Shown here one piece after another: positions 22,724 to 31,578 of a stretch of 64,000 nt of DNA (its first letter is position 1; each line of letters opens with the position of its first letter). The stretch lies in the NCBI GenBank assembly GCA_934098745.1, contig CAKOPG010000004.1, forward strand, positions 10,561 through 74,560, given 5' to 3'. The notes under the pieces were generated by a model. It searched no databases and was not told where the DNA came from. It was given only the letters and a program-made list of their open reading frames with translations. The translations under genes were made by a program, and so were the position numbers. The DNA is from an uncultured Bacilli bacterium (lineage in GTDB: Bacteria; Bacillota_I; Bacilli_A; RF39; UBA660).

Positions 22724-24802
22724 ATGAAAAATTATGTCGTTTTACAAGATGGCCTAAAAGAATGTGGAAGCGCTTGCCTTTTGTCAATAATTAGGTACTA
22801 TGGAGGAGATATTAGTCTTGATAAAATTATAGAGTTAACTTCAACAACTAAAGAGGGAACATCTTTTTACATGTTACAAATAGCAGCTAAAGAATTAGGA
22901 CTATTATCTAAAGGTTATAAAATAACAGATATAAATAAGTTAATTGAAATAAAAAAACCATTTATTAGTCAAGTAGTTATAAAAAATTATACACATTTTG
23001 TTGTTGTTTATAAACTAAAAAATAACAAAATAACTCTTATGGATCCAGCTAAAGGAATGGTTAATATTTCTTTAAATGAATTTAAAAATATTTATACTGG
23101 CAATATTTTAATACTAGAGCCATTTAAACCATTACCAATATTCAAAAGTTCTAACTATGTTATAAATATCATTAAAGCAATACTTTATAATAATAAAAAA
23201 ATTATTATAAATTTGATTCTTCTAACTTTAATGATTATGGTTTTTACTGGTCTTTATAGTTATCATTTTAAAATAATTATAGACTATGTTATTAATACTA
23301 ATAGTTTAAACCTTTTAGTCATTACAATTATCTTTCTAATAATCTTTACTATTAAAATATCCCTTGAATACTTACGTAGTAATCTTTTGATGTACTTTAA
23401 CCAAAAAATAGATTTATCCATAATTACGACGACCATAAATAAAATCATCTCACTTCCTTATAGTTATTATAAAAACAAAACTACTGGAGAAATGATTTCA
23501 CGTATAAATGATTTGTTTTCCATTAAAAATGTTATTTCCAAATTAATTATAATATTCTTTTTAGATTTCTTTCTTATTATTGGAACCTTTCTAATATTAT
23601 TTAAAATAAATAAGAATATAACTTTAATTTTATTAATAATAACTATTTGTTACTTTTTTATCTTTCTAATATATAAAAATAGTATTAAAAATATTACTTA
23701 TACCATTCAAGAAGATAATTCGAATCTTAATTCTATACTAGTTGAATCAATTAGTAGTTATGAAACAATTAAAGGATTAACATTAGAAAAAAACTTTATT
23801 AGCAAGATAAATAGTTTATATTTAAAATACATAAATAGTAATTTACTACTTAGTAAAACCATCAATCAAGAAGAATTCCTTAAAAATTTTTTTGAAGGTA
23901 TCTTATTACTACTATGTACTTATTTAGGCTCAAAGTATATTATGGATAAAACATTAACTATTGGCACTATGATAACTTATAATACACTCATTTATTATTT
24001 TATTACTCCTACTAAGGATTTCTTTAGTTTTTATAAAGAATTTATTTATACTAAAAATAGTATTAAAAGAATAAACAATTTATTAAATATAAAATATGAA
24101 AAGTTAGACAAGAAAAGCAATTTATTAGTAATGGGGTCTATTGATATTAGGAATTTATCTTTTTCGTATAATCAACAAAAAAATATTTTAAATAATATAA
24201 GTCTGTCTATTCGAAGAGGGGATAAAGTATTAATTTTGGGTTCTTCAGGATCCGGCAAATCAACTCTTTTAAAGGTATTATACAAGTATTATGATATAAA
24301 TAGAGGCATGATTTATATAGATAATTATGATTTTCTTGATTTTACCATTAGAGATATTCGTGAAAATATTACTTATATTTCACAAAATGAACTATTATAT
24401 ACGGATACTATAAAAAACAACATTATATTAGATAGAGAAGTATCAGCTGAAAAGTTTTTACATGTGTGTCGTTTAACATATGTAGAGGATATACTTAAAG
24501 ATAATCTTCTGTCATATAATTTTGTCTTAGAAGAAAATGGTGCTAATATTTCTGGTGGACAAAGGCAACGCATTATTTTAGCAAGGTCTTTACTAAAAAA
24601 CACCCCAATTATCATGCTTGATGAAGCGTTAAATGAAATAGATATTACTTTAGAAAGAAAGATATTAAAAAATATTTTTATATACTACTATAATAAAACA
24701 ATTATTATCGTATCTCATAGACACGATAATATGGACTTATATGACAAAGTAATATATATAGAGAACGGTTCTTTAAAGGAAGTGAAGACAAAACGTGCAT
24801 GA
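22724..24802 (+). CDS. bacteriocin ABC exporter with N-terminal C39 double-glycine peptidase domain
   Basis: C39 catalytic context LKECGSACLLSIIRYYGG, THFVVVYK, MDPAKG. Six-TM domain. NBD GSSGSGKST, LSGGQRQRI, IMLDEALNEID. Confidence 0.92.
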   Translation: MKNYVVLQDGLKECGSACLLSIIRYYGGDISLDKIIELTSTTKEGTSFYMLQIAAKELGLLSKGYKITDINKLIEIKKPFISQVVIKNYTHFVVVYKLKNNKITLMDPAKGMVNISLNEFKNIYTGNILILEPFKPLPIFKSSNYVINIIKAILYNNKKIIINLILLTLMIMVFTGLYSYHFKIIIDYVINTNSLNLLVITIIFLIIFTIKISLEYLRSNLLMYFNQKIDLSIITTTINKIISLPYSYYKNKTTGEMISRINDLFSIKNVISKLIIIFFLDFFLIIGTFLILFKINKNITLILLIITICYFFIFLIYKNSIKNITYTIQEDNSNLNSILVESISSYETIKGLTLEKNFISKINSLYLKYINSNLLLSKTINQEEFLKNFFEGILLLLCTYLGSKYIMDKTLTIGTMITYNTLIYYFITPTKDFFSFYKEFIYTKNSIKRINNLLNIKYEKLDKKSNLLVMGSIDIRNLSFSYNQQKNILNNISLSIRRGDKVLILGSSGSGKSTLLKVLYKYYDINRGMIYIDNYDFLDFTIRDIRENITYISQNELLYTDTIKNNIILDREVSAEKFLHVCRLTYVEDILKDNLLSYNFVLEENGANISGGQRQRIILARSLLKNTPIIMLDEALNEIDITLERKILKNIFIYYYNKTIIIVSHRHDNMDLYDKVIYIENGSLKEVKTKRA

Positions 24803-25211
24803 TAATATTGACATAGAATTAGTTTTAAAAAAGAATAATTATGGAAAAATATATCAAATTAATTATATTATTATGATAATCTTATTAATATTTATATACA
24901 TTATATTTACTTATAAAATTCAGTTCATCTATGAAACAGAAGGTAAAATACTATCTGGTAATTTAGTATTATATGTTAATAAAAATGATTTAAAGTATAT
25001 AAATAATAGAAATATATTGAAGATAGACGACAAATACTATTATTATCATCTCATCAAAATAGATTCAGAACTGGATAACAATAACCTAAATGACTATTGC
25101 TATGTATATTTAAAAATTCCAGATTTAAAAACTATTGATAATTATGTGTATAAAGTTACAATTAATAAAGAAGAAAAGACTATTGCTGAATATTTAAAAA
25201 CCAATTTATAA
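24795..25211 (+). CDS. small membrane-anchored accessory protein of the exporter (much shorter than ComB/LcnD-type accessories)
   Basis: GTG start overlaps the exporter stop. One N-terminal TM (IIMIILLIFIYIIF) followed by about 95 soluble residues. Role inferred from position only. Confidence 0.55.
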   Translation: MHDNIDIELVLKKNNYGKIYQINYIIMIILLIFIYIIFTYKIQFIYETEGKILSGNLVLYVNKNDLKYINNRNILKIDDKYYYYHLIKIDSELDNNNLNDYCYVYLKIPDLKTIDNYVYKVTINKEEKTIAEYLKTNL

Positions 25212-25223
25212 GGAGGTGTTCAT

Positions 25224-25361
25224 TTGGAATTAACAAATAAAGAAATGCAAAACGTAACTGGCGGTTTTTCATTTGGCATATTTGCCGGCCTAGCCAGTGC
25301 ACTTGTCTTTTTTGTGGGATTAGCCAGTGGTTATACTAATCCTACAAGCTGTAATAACTAA
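25224..25361 (+). CDS. double-glycine-leader bacteriocin precursor A (45 aa, hydrophobic GxxxG-rich core)
   Basis: AGGAGG 7 nt before TTG. MELTNKEMQNVTGG / FSFGIFAGLASALVFFVGLASGYTNPTSCNN. The leader fits the L-12, E-8, hydrophobic -7, V-4, GG consensus. Not in the ORF track. Confidence 0.85.
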   Translation: MELTNKEMQNVTGGFSFGIFAGLASALVFFVGLASGYTNPTSCNN

Positions 25362-25376
25362 TTTATAGGAGGTCTA

Positions 25377-25541
25377 ATGGAATTAAAAAAAGATGAATTA
25401 ATGAATATTACTGGCGGTTCTTTGACAGCAGCATTTATCAATGCATTATCAAAAGCAATTAAAACAATTTATGAACTAGGAAAAGAAACTGGTAGCAGTA
25501 TTCGTAGATTAATTGAAGAAACATATTGTTCAATTAACTAA
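25377..25541 (+). CDS. double-glycine-leader peptide precursor B (54 aa, amphipathic core)
   Basis: AGGAGG RBS then ATG. MELKKDELMNITGG / SLTAAFINALSKAIKTIYELGKETGSSIRRLIEETYCSIN. Consensus leader L-12, E-8, L-7, I-4, GG. Not in the ORF track. Confidence 0.85.
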   Translation: MELKKDELMNITGGSLTAAFINALSKAIKTIYELGKETGSSIRRLIEETYCSIN

Positions 25542-25617
25542 GAATTGTTACCATGATTTCTTTAATAATTAGAAAAATAGAATAACAAGATATTTACTAA
25601 TATTTCTTGAAAAAAAA

Positions 25618-25656
25618 CTCTCTTTCTGCTAAAATTATATAAAGCAGATAGGAGAG
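25618..25656 (+). promoter_or_regulatory. hairpin sequestering the RBS of the downstream membrane-protein gene
   Basis: CTCTCTTTCTGCT (25618-25630) pairs with AGCAGATAGGAGAG (25643-25656). The 3' arm contains the AGGAGAG Shine-Dalgarno for ATG 25663. Confidence 0.5.
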
Positions 25657-25662
25657 ATTGCA

Positions 25663-27060
25663 ATGGAAAAAACAATAAAGATTAAAACCATTGAATTTTT
25701 TGAAATTATTTTCCTATATTATATTACAAAAAATTACAATCTTTTTCCATTTACTATATCTTTAAGCTTATATTATATTTTTAAATCCTGTTTTGCCAAC
25801 TTAAAATTAAGCAACATAAAAGAAGAATATTTATGTAACAAATCTAATATGAAGTTAGTTATATTATTGCTTCTAGTAATTTCCTTTTGCTTTTTAATAT
25901 TAAGTATTCTTTTAAGCGATGTAATGAACACTATCTTAGATACAAATGACATGTTTTTGGTATTTCTTTTTATGGGGCTTAGTATTTCTTCAGAGCCATT
26001 AATTAATATATATAGTGAATACTTAATGATTATGAAACATAAATCAGCTAATACTTTGTATAATTCTTATTATATATTAGAATTAGTCCTATATATAATA
26101 ATATCATTTTTTTCTTTTAAAATACTAAAGCTTCCTAATAATATTGCTATATCACTGTTGTATTTACCCAAAATAATATCAATAATATTAATAAGCATTC
26201 TTTGGTATTTTATCTTAAAAAATAAAAAAGAACTTGTCATACCAAAAGAAAAGTCTTATAATTATCAGGTGGTCAAGAAGATATTTAAAAAAAATATCCA
26301 CAAAAGTTTTATTAAAATCATAAATTATAGTTACCTTTATATTTCTATAGTATTAGTATATTTAGTTTTAACTACAAGATATAATTATAATAAAACAGAA
26401 ATATACACATTAATACCCATAGTATATTTATACTTAAAGCATTTAGTAAACTATTATTTAATGATATTAAATAATAATTTAAGTATTTTAGGTAAAAATA
26501 TTTCTTACAATTTATATTCTACACTTAAACTAATGCTTCCATTAACCATAATAGGAAGTATTGTATCACCAATAATATGCCAAATTTTGTTTAATAACCC
26601 AAATATATCATTATATCTTTCACCGTTGTTATTCTTAGCTATATTCGAGGAAATGTACCTCATATCTTATGACGGAATATATAATAAAAAAATAGTAAAT
26701 ATAAGTTTAATTATTGGTATTTTTTCCAAAATAATAATTACAATACCTTTAATTAATGCTTTTTACCGTATGGGGTATAATTTAATATATGGTGATATAT
26801 TAAGTACATCATTAAGTTTATTCATTTCAATAGGTATTAATTATTTATATTCTAAAAATAAATATCATTTTGAAGAAAAATATCTTGGTAAAATATTATC
26901 GATATTTTATGAAAATATATTATTAAGTATAGTGTTAATAATAACTCAATTTATAATCCCATTACATAACTTAAATTATTTAAAGTCTCTAGTATATTTA
27001 CCAGTATATTTAGCAATAAGTATTTTATTTATTAAAATTAAGAATGAGAAAAGAGGTTAA
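25663..27060 (+). CDS. polytopic membrane protein (about 12-14 TM), candidate immunity/transport component of the bacteriocin locus
   Basis: 465 aa, very hydrophobic, directly downstream of the two peptides. Family not recognised (MOP/Wzx-like is possible). Confidence 0.6.
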   Translation: MEKTIKIKTIEFFEIIFLYYITKNYNLFPFTISLSLYYIFKSCFANLKLSNIKEEYLCNKSNMKLVILLLLVISFCFLILSILLSDVMNTILDTNDMFLVFLFMGLSISSEPLINIYSEYLMIMKHKSANTLYNSYYILELVLYIIISFFSFKILKLPNNIAISLLYLPKIISIILISILWYFILKNKKELVIPKEKSYNYQVVKKIFKKNIHKSFIKIINYSYLYISIVLVYLVLTTRYNYNKTEIYTLIPIVYLYLKHLVNYYLMILNNNLSILGKNISYNLYSTLKLMLPLTIIGSIVSPIICQILFNNPNISLYLSPLLFLAIFEEMYLISYDGIYNKKIVNISLIIGIFSKIIITIPLINAFYRMGYNLIYGDILSTSLSLFISIGINYLYSKNKYHFEEKYLGKILSIFYENILLSIVLIITQFIIPLHNLNYLKSLVYLPVYLAISILFIKIKNEKRG

Positions 27061-27061
27061 T

Positions 27062-28675
27062 ATGGAAAAAATTTATATTTTCGGACATCGTAATCCCGAT
27101 ACTGACAGTGTTACTGCAGCTATAACACTATCATATCTAAAGCGAAAACAAGGACTTCATACAGTCCCTGTTATATTAAGTTCAATTTCTAAAGAGACAT
27201 CATATGCCCTAAATTATTTTGGAGTTAAAGAGCCTATGTTTTTAAATGATGTCAAGCTAAAAGTAAAAGATTTAGAATATTCAAAAGGATATATGGCAAC
27301 ATCTGATATATCTATCTATGAGGCATATCTTCGTATGGAAAAAGAAGGAATAAGTAAAATACCCATCGTTGATAAATCAAAAAAATTATTAGGTATGCTG
27401 AGTATGAAAGATATAGCTAAAGAATGCCTAATAGGGGATCAATCAAAAATTGAAACTTACTATAAAAATATCATTTTAACAATTGAAGGAGAAAAAGTTT
27501 TAGAATTTGATAATATTATAAAAGGAAGATTAATTATTCCTGGTTTTCGTTCTACAACATTTATAAATGAAATTGAGTTGAAACCTAATGATATTTTGAT
27601 AACAGGAAATCGTTATAGCATTATTGAATATGCTATAAACTCAAAAGTAAAAATGATAATTGTTACAGATAATCAAGAAATAAAAGAAGAACAATTGTCC
27701 GAAGCTAAAAAAAATAAGGTAAACATTATTAGAACGAAATATAGTATTTTGGATACTATTAAAAAATTTAACTTCTGTAATAACGTTGGAACAATTATTA
27801 ATACAAAAAAAGTCCATACTATTAACGAAAATGAAGATTTAAGTAGTTTTATTTCCGCTGCTGAAAAAGCTAAATACACCTACTATCCAATAGTTAATAA
27901 TGATAAAAAATGTCTAGGAATTATAAAGTTTGCCAATGTAGGATACCAAAACAAAAAGAAAGTTATTTTAGTAGATCATAACTCATATGAACAGTCAGCA
28001 ATTGGCTTAAATGAAGCTGAAATTCTAGAAATAGTTGATCATCATAATATATCTAATATAGGTACAACACATCCAATCAATTTTAGAAATATGCCTGTCG
28101 GTAGTACTAATACAATTATTTATTTGATGTATAAAGAAAATAATGTCAAAATACCTAAAAACATTGCAGGATTGATGTTATCTGGTATTTTATCTGATAC
28201 TCTTATTTTAAATTCGCCAACAACCACAATCATTGATAAAGATGCGGTTAATAATTTAGCAAGAATAGCTAAAGTAGATTATAAAAAATATGGCTTTGAT
28301 ATGCTATCATATGGAACAAATTTATCAGGAAAAACCAAAGAAGAAATATTATATACTGATTTTAAAAAATACCCAACCGATGAGGGAACAATAGGCTTAG
28401 GTCAAATATTTACTACAGATATTAGCGAAATCGACGGTGAAAAAGAAGAATATATTAATATGCTAAATGAGATCGCTAGCCATAATGAATATAAATTTAT
28501 TGCTTTATTTGTAACCGATATTATTAAAAATGGCACATATATATACTATAGTAACGGAGCTAAAGAAATCTTGGATCATGCCTTTAATGTAGAAACCAAA
28601 GAGGGAATATATCTAGATGGCATATTATCAAGAAAGATGCAAATTTTACCTGCAATTCTGGATGTAATGAATTAA
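27062..28675 (+). CDS. ppaC: CBS-domain-containing family II (Mn-dependent) inorganic pyrophosphatase
   Basis: IFGHRNPDTDS, ILVDHNSYEQS, SGILSDTLILNSPTTT. A CBS/DRTGG insert lies between DHH and DHHA2. ATG 27062 preferred (AAGAGG RBS). Confidence 0.88.
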   Translation: MEKIYIFGHRNPDTDSVTAAITLSYLKRKQGLHTVPVILSSISKETSYALNYFGVKEPMFLNDVKLKVKDLEYSKGYMATSDISIYEAYLRMEKEGISKIPIVDKSKKLLGMLSMKDIAKECLIGDQSKIETYYKNIILTIEGEKVLEFDNIIKGRLIIPGFRSTTFINEIELKPNDILITGNRYSIIEYAINSKVKMIIVTDNQEIKEEQLSEAKKNKVNIIRTKYSILDTIKKFNFCNNVGTIINTKKVHTINENEDLSSFISAAEKAKYTYYPIVNNDKKCLGIIKFANVGYQNKKKVILVDHNSYEQSAIGLNEAEILEIVDHHNISNIGTTHPINFRNMPVGSTNTIIYLMYKENNVKIPKNIAGLMLSGILSDTLILNSPTTTIIDKDAVNNLARIAKVDYKKYGFDMLSYGTNLSGKTKEEILYTDFKKYPTDEGTIGLGQIFTTDISEIDGEKEEYINMLNEIASHNEYKFIALFVTDIIKNGTYIYYSNGAKEILDHAFNVETKEGIYLDGILSRKMQILPAILDVMN

Positions 28676-28767
28676 GAGTATATTATTAAATATCCTATCT
28701 ATTTATTAATTATTAATAATAAATTTTAAATATTATAAATTACTTTCGAGTAAGTATATATCACAAG

Positions 28768-28798
28768 AAGCATTAAGCATAACATTAATGCTTTTTTC
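28768..28798 (+). terminator. ppaC terminator
   Basis: AAGCATTAA ... TTAATGCTT 9-bp stem followed by TTTTT. Confidence 0.7.
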
Positions 28799-28841
28799 TA
28801 GTTAAAAACTGCTTAAATTCCAATAAAAAGTATATAATTAC

Positions 28842-28870
28842 TTGAAAAAAACAATATATTTAGATATAAT
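28842..28870 (+). promoter_or_regulatory. sigma-A type promoter of ackA-nrnA
   Basis: TTGAAA, 17 nt, TATAAT; about 20 nt before the AGAGGTG RBS. Confidence 0.65.
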
Positions 28871-28891
28871 TACTAAAGAAAGAGGTGTAAA

Positions 28892-30112
28892 ATGATAGTA
28901 TTATCAGTAAATGCAGGAAGTTCTTCCTTAAAATTCCAAGCTTTTGATATGCCTGAAGAGAATGTTTTAATATCAGGTGTTTTTGAAAGAATCGGTATGA
29001 AAGAAAGCTTCTATACAATTAAACTAAATGGAGAAAAAATAAAAAAAGAAGTTGAATTAAAAAATCATGAAGATGCTCTTCAAATCTTGATGGAAGAATT
29101 AATTGACAACGAAATAGTAAAATCACTTGATGAAATTAAAGCTATTGGTCACCGTATTGCTCAAGGTGGTCCATACTTTAGTAAAACCGAAGAAATGACT
29201 GACGAAAATATAAAGAAAGTAAAAGAGTTATCAGTTTTAGCTCCACTTCATAATCCAGCAGCCGTAAAGGGTATCAAAGCTGCTAAAGCCGTAGTTCCAA
29301 ATGCTCTTCAAACAGGAGCTTTTGATACAGCTTTTCACCAAACAATTGAAGAAGAAAATTATTTATACCCAGTTCCATATGAATGGTGTGACAAATATAA
29401 AGTAAGAAAATATGGCTTTCATGGAACTAGTCATAAATATGTTGCTTATCGTATGAATGAAATTCTAGGAAGATATAATACTAAATTAATTACTTGCCAT
29501 ATTGGTAATGGTGCTAGTATTTCCGCAATCAATGAGGGTGTTTGCGTCAATACATCTATGGGATTAACTCCTAACTCAGGACTTATGATGGGTTCTCGTT
29601 GTGGAGATATGGATGCCACCGTTATTACCTATATGATGCAACAATTAGAATGTACTCCAGAAGAAATGGATGCAATTTTAAATAAACAAAGTGGACTACT
29701 TGGAATTAGTGGAGTAAGTAGTGATTCAAGAGATATTGAAGATGGTATTAAAATAGGTAATGCTAGATGTAGTTTAGCTCAAAAAATGTTTACTAATAAA
29801 ATAATTGATCACATAGCCAAATATTATGTTGAACTTGGCGGTTGTGATGCTATTGTCTTTACAGCCGGTATTGGAGAAAATTCTATTCATACCAGAAGAG
29901 AAATTCTTGACGGCTTAGCAGTTTTAGGTATTAAAATTGATGAAGAAGCCAATGATTGTCGCGGCGTAGAAAGGCTAATTACTACTGAAGATTCTTCTAT
30001 ACCATGTTATGTTATTCCAACAAATGAAGAATTGATGATTGCTAGAGATACATACATGTTATATCAAGAAAAACAAAAAGAACAAGAATTGATTGAAAAT
30101 GAAATTATTTAA
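28892..30112 (+). CDS. ackA: acetate kinase (paralogue 1)
   Basis: VLSVNAGSSSLKF, AFDTAFHQT, YGFHGTSHKY, FTAGIGENS, IPTNEELMIA. Confidence 0.93.
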   Translation: MIVLSVNAGSSSLKFQAFDMPEENVLISGVFERIGMKESFYTIKLNGEKIKKEVELKNHEDALQILMEELIDNEIVKSLDEIKAIGHRIAQGGPYFSKTEEMTDENIKKVKELSVLAPLHNPAAVKGIKAAKAVVPNALQTGAFDTAFHQTIEEENYLYPVPYEWCDKYKVRKYGFHGTSHKYVAYRMNEILGRYNTKLITCHIGNGASISAINEGVCVNTSMGLTPNSGLMMGSRCGDMDATVITYMMQQLECTPEEMDAILNKQSGLLGISGVSSDSRDIEDGIKIGNARCSLAQKMFTNKIIDHIAKYYVELGGCDAIVFTAGIGENSIHTRREILDGLAVLGIKIDEEANDCRGVERLITTEDSSIPCYVIPTNEELMIARDTYMLYQEKQKEQELIENEII

Positions 30113-31055
30113 AGAAATTTTAAAACAAATAAAAAAATATGATATTATTGTTATTGCCAGGCATATTGGTGCTGATCCGGATGCATTAGGAAGTCAGTTT
30201 GCATTAAAAGAACTAATTAAAAATACTTTTAAAAACAAAAAAGTATATGCAGTAGGTTCCATTGCCTCAAGATTTAGATTTATGGGAAGTTTAGAAAAAA
30301 TTGACAATGTTGATTTATCCAAAGCTCTTTTGATTATCTTAGATACACCAGATAAAAAACGTATTGAAGATATTGAAGATGTTAACTTATTTGCTCAAGT
30401 AATCAAGATAGATCATCATCCATTTGTAGAAAAATATGCGGATATTGAATATATTGATAGTACCTCTAGTAGTACTTGTCAGTTAATATTTAAGTTTATC
30501 CTAGAAAACAAACTTAAACTATCTACTAAAATGGCTGAAAATATTTATATAGGTATTATTGGAGACACAGATCGTTTCTTACATGACTATACAAATAATG
30601 AAACATTTAAACTTACTAGCAAACTTCTTGAATTAAGTAACATTGATTTTACTAAGTTATATGAGCCATTGTATTCAAGGCCATTAACTGAAGTAAGATT
30701 TCAAGGATATATTTATCAAAATTTGATACTTACTGAAAACCATGTTGCTTATATCAAGATAACTGACGACATTATAAAAAAGTTTGAAGTTGATTCTGCC
30801 GCCGCTGGAAACATGATTAATGACTTAAAGTTTGTAAATGAAATTTTAGTATGGGTTTTCTTTTCCGAAGATATTAAGATGAAAATAATAAAAGCAAATA
30901 TCAGATCTCGTGGTCCAATTATTAATGAAACAGCAGCTACATATGGTGGCGGTGGACATCCATATGCCTCTGGCGCTAGATTAAAAAGTTGGCTTGATGC
31001 AGAAAATTTAATAAAAGATTTAGATGAAGTAGCTAAAAATTACAACCCAAAATAG
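30093..31055 (+). CDS. nrnA: DHH/DHHA1 phosphoesterase (NrnA-like oligoribonuclease / pAp phosphatase)
   Basis: ARHIGADPDALGS, KIDHHPF, GGGGHPYASGA. Overlaps the ackA stop. Confidence 0.85.
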   Translation: MKMKLFKEILKQIKKYDIIVIARHIGADPDALGSQFALKELIKNTFKNKKVYAVGSIASRFRFMGSLEKIDNVDLSKALLIILDTPDKKRIEDIEDVNLFAQVIKIDHHPFVEKYADIEYIDSTSSSTCQLIFKFILENKLKLSTKMAENIYIGIIGDTDRFLHDYTNNETFKLTSKLLELSNIDFTKLYEPLYSRPLTEVRFQGYIYQNLILTENHVAYIKITDDIIKKFEVDSAAAGNMINDLKFVNEILVWVFFSEDIKMKIIKANIRSRGPIINETAATYGGGGHPYASGARLKSWLDAENLIKDLDEVAKNYNPK

Positions 31056-31122
31056 CTCTTCATCTTTTCTTATATAGTTGAAAAAAACAAAAACCTATAG
31101 TATAATCTACTTAGGTGATTAT

Positions 31123-31518
31123 ATGAACATTTACTTACAATTAACTGTTGAAACACTTATTGTTTTTACGTTAGTATTTTGCTTAAATTATTTTCTATGC
31201 GTTAAAAAAAATAAAAAAATAAAAAAAAATAATTTACCATTAGAACTTTATTGCATAACTAATATATTTTCATTAGATATCAAAATGATTGATTTTCACA
31301 AGTTTCAATGTACCTGTGCGCTAATAAATTCTTTTATTATAACCGCCACTTACCTAATAGTTATTTATTTAGTCAAACACATGATATTAAAAGTAACCAT
31401 AGGAATTGTTCTCCTAATACTTTTAATATTAATCTGCTATGGTTTATTAGGTAGATATTACTGTTATCGCGAAGAGAAATTGCTTTCAAATAAAAAGAAT
31501 AATAAATCCTCAAAATAG
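31123..31518 (+). CDS. small membrane protein, hypothetical
   Basis: ATG 31123 follows TATAAT (31101) and an AGGTGA RBS. Three or four TM helices. Confidence 0.6.
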   Translation: MNIYLQLTVETLIVFTLVFCLNYFLCVKKNKKIKKNNLPLELYCITNIFSLDIKMIDFHKFQCTCALINSFIITATYLIVIYLVKHMILKVTIGIVLLILLILICYGLLGRYYCYREEKLLSNKKNNKSSK

Positions 31519-31578
31519 TTACTTATATAGTACTATTTTTTTTGATATTGCATATCTTAAATTGAGGAGTGATCTAAA

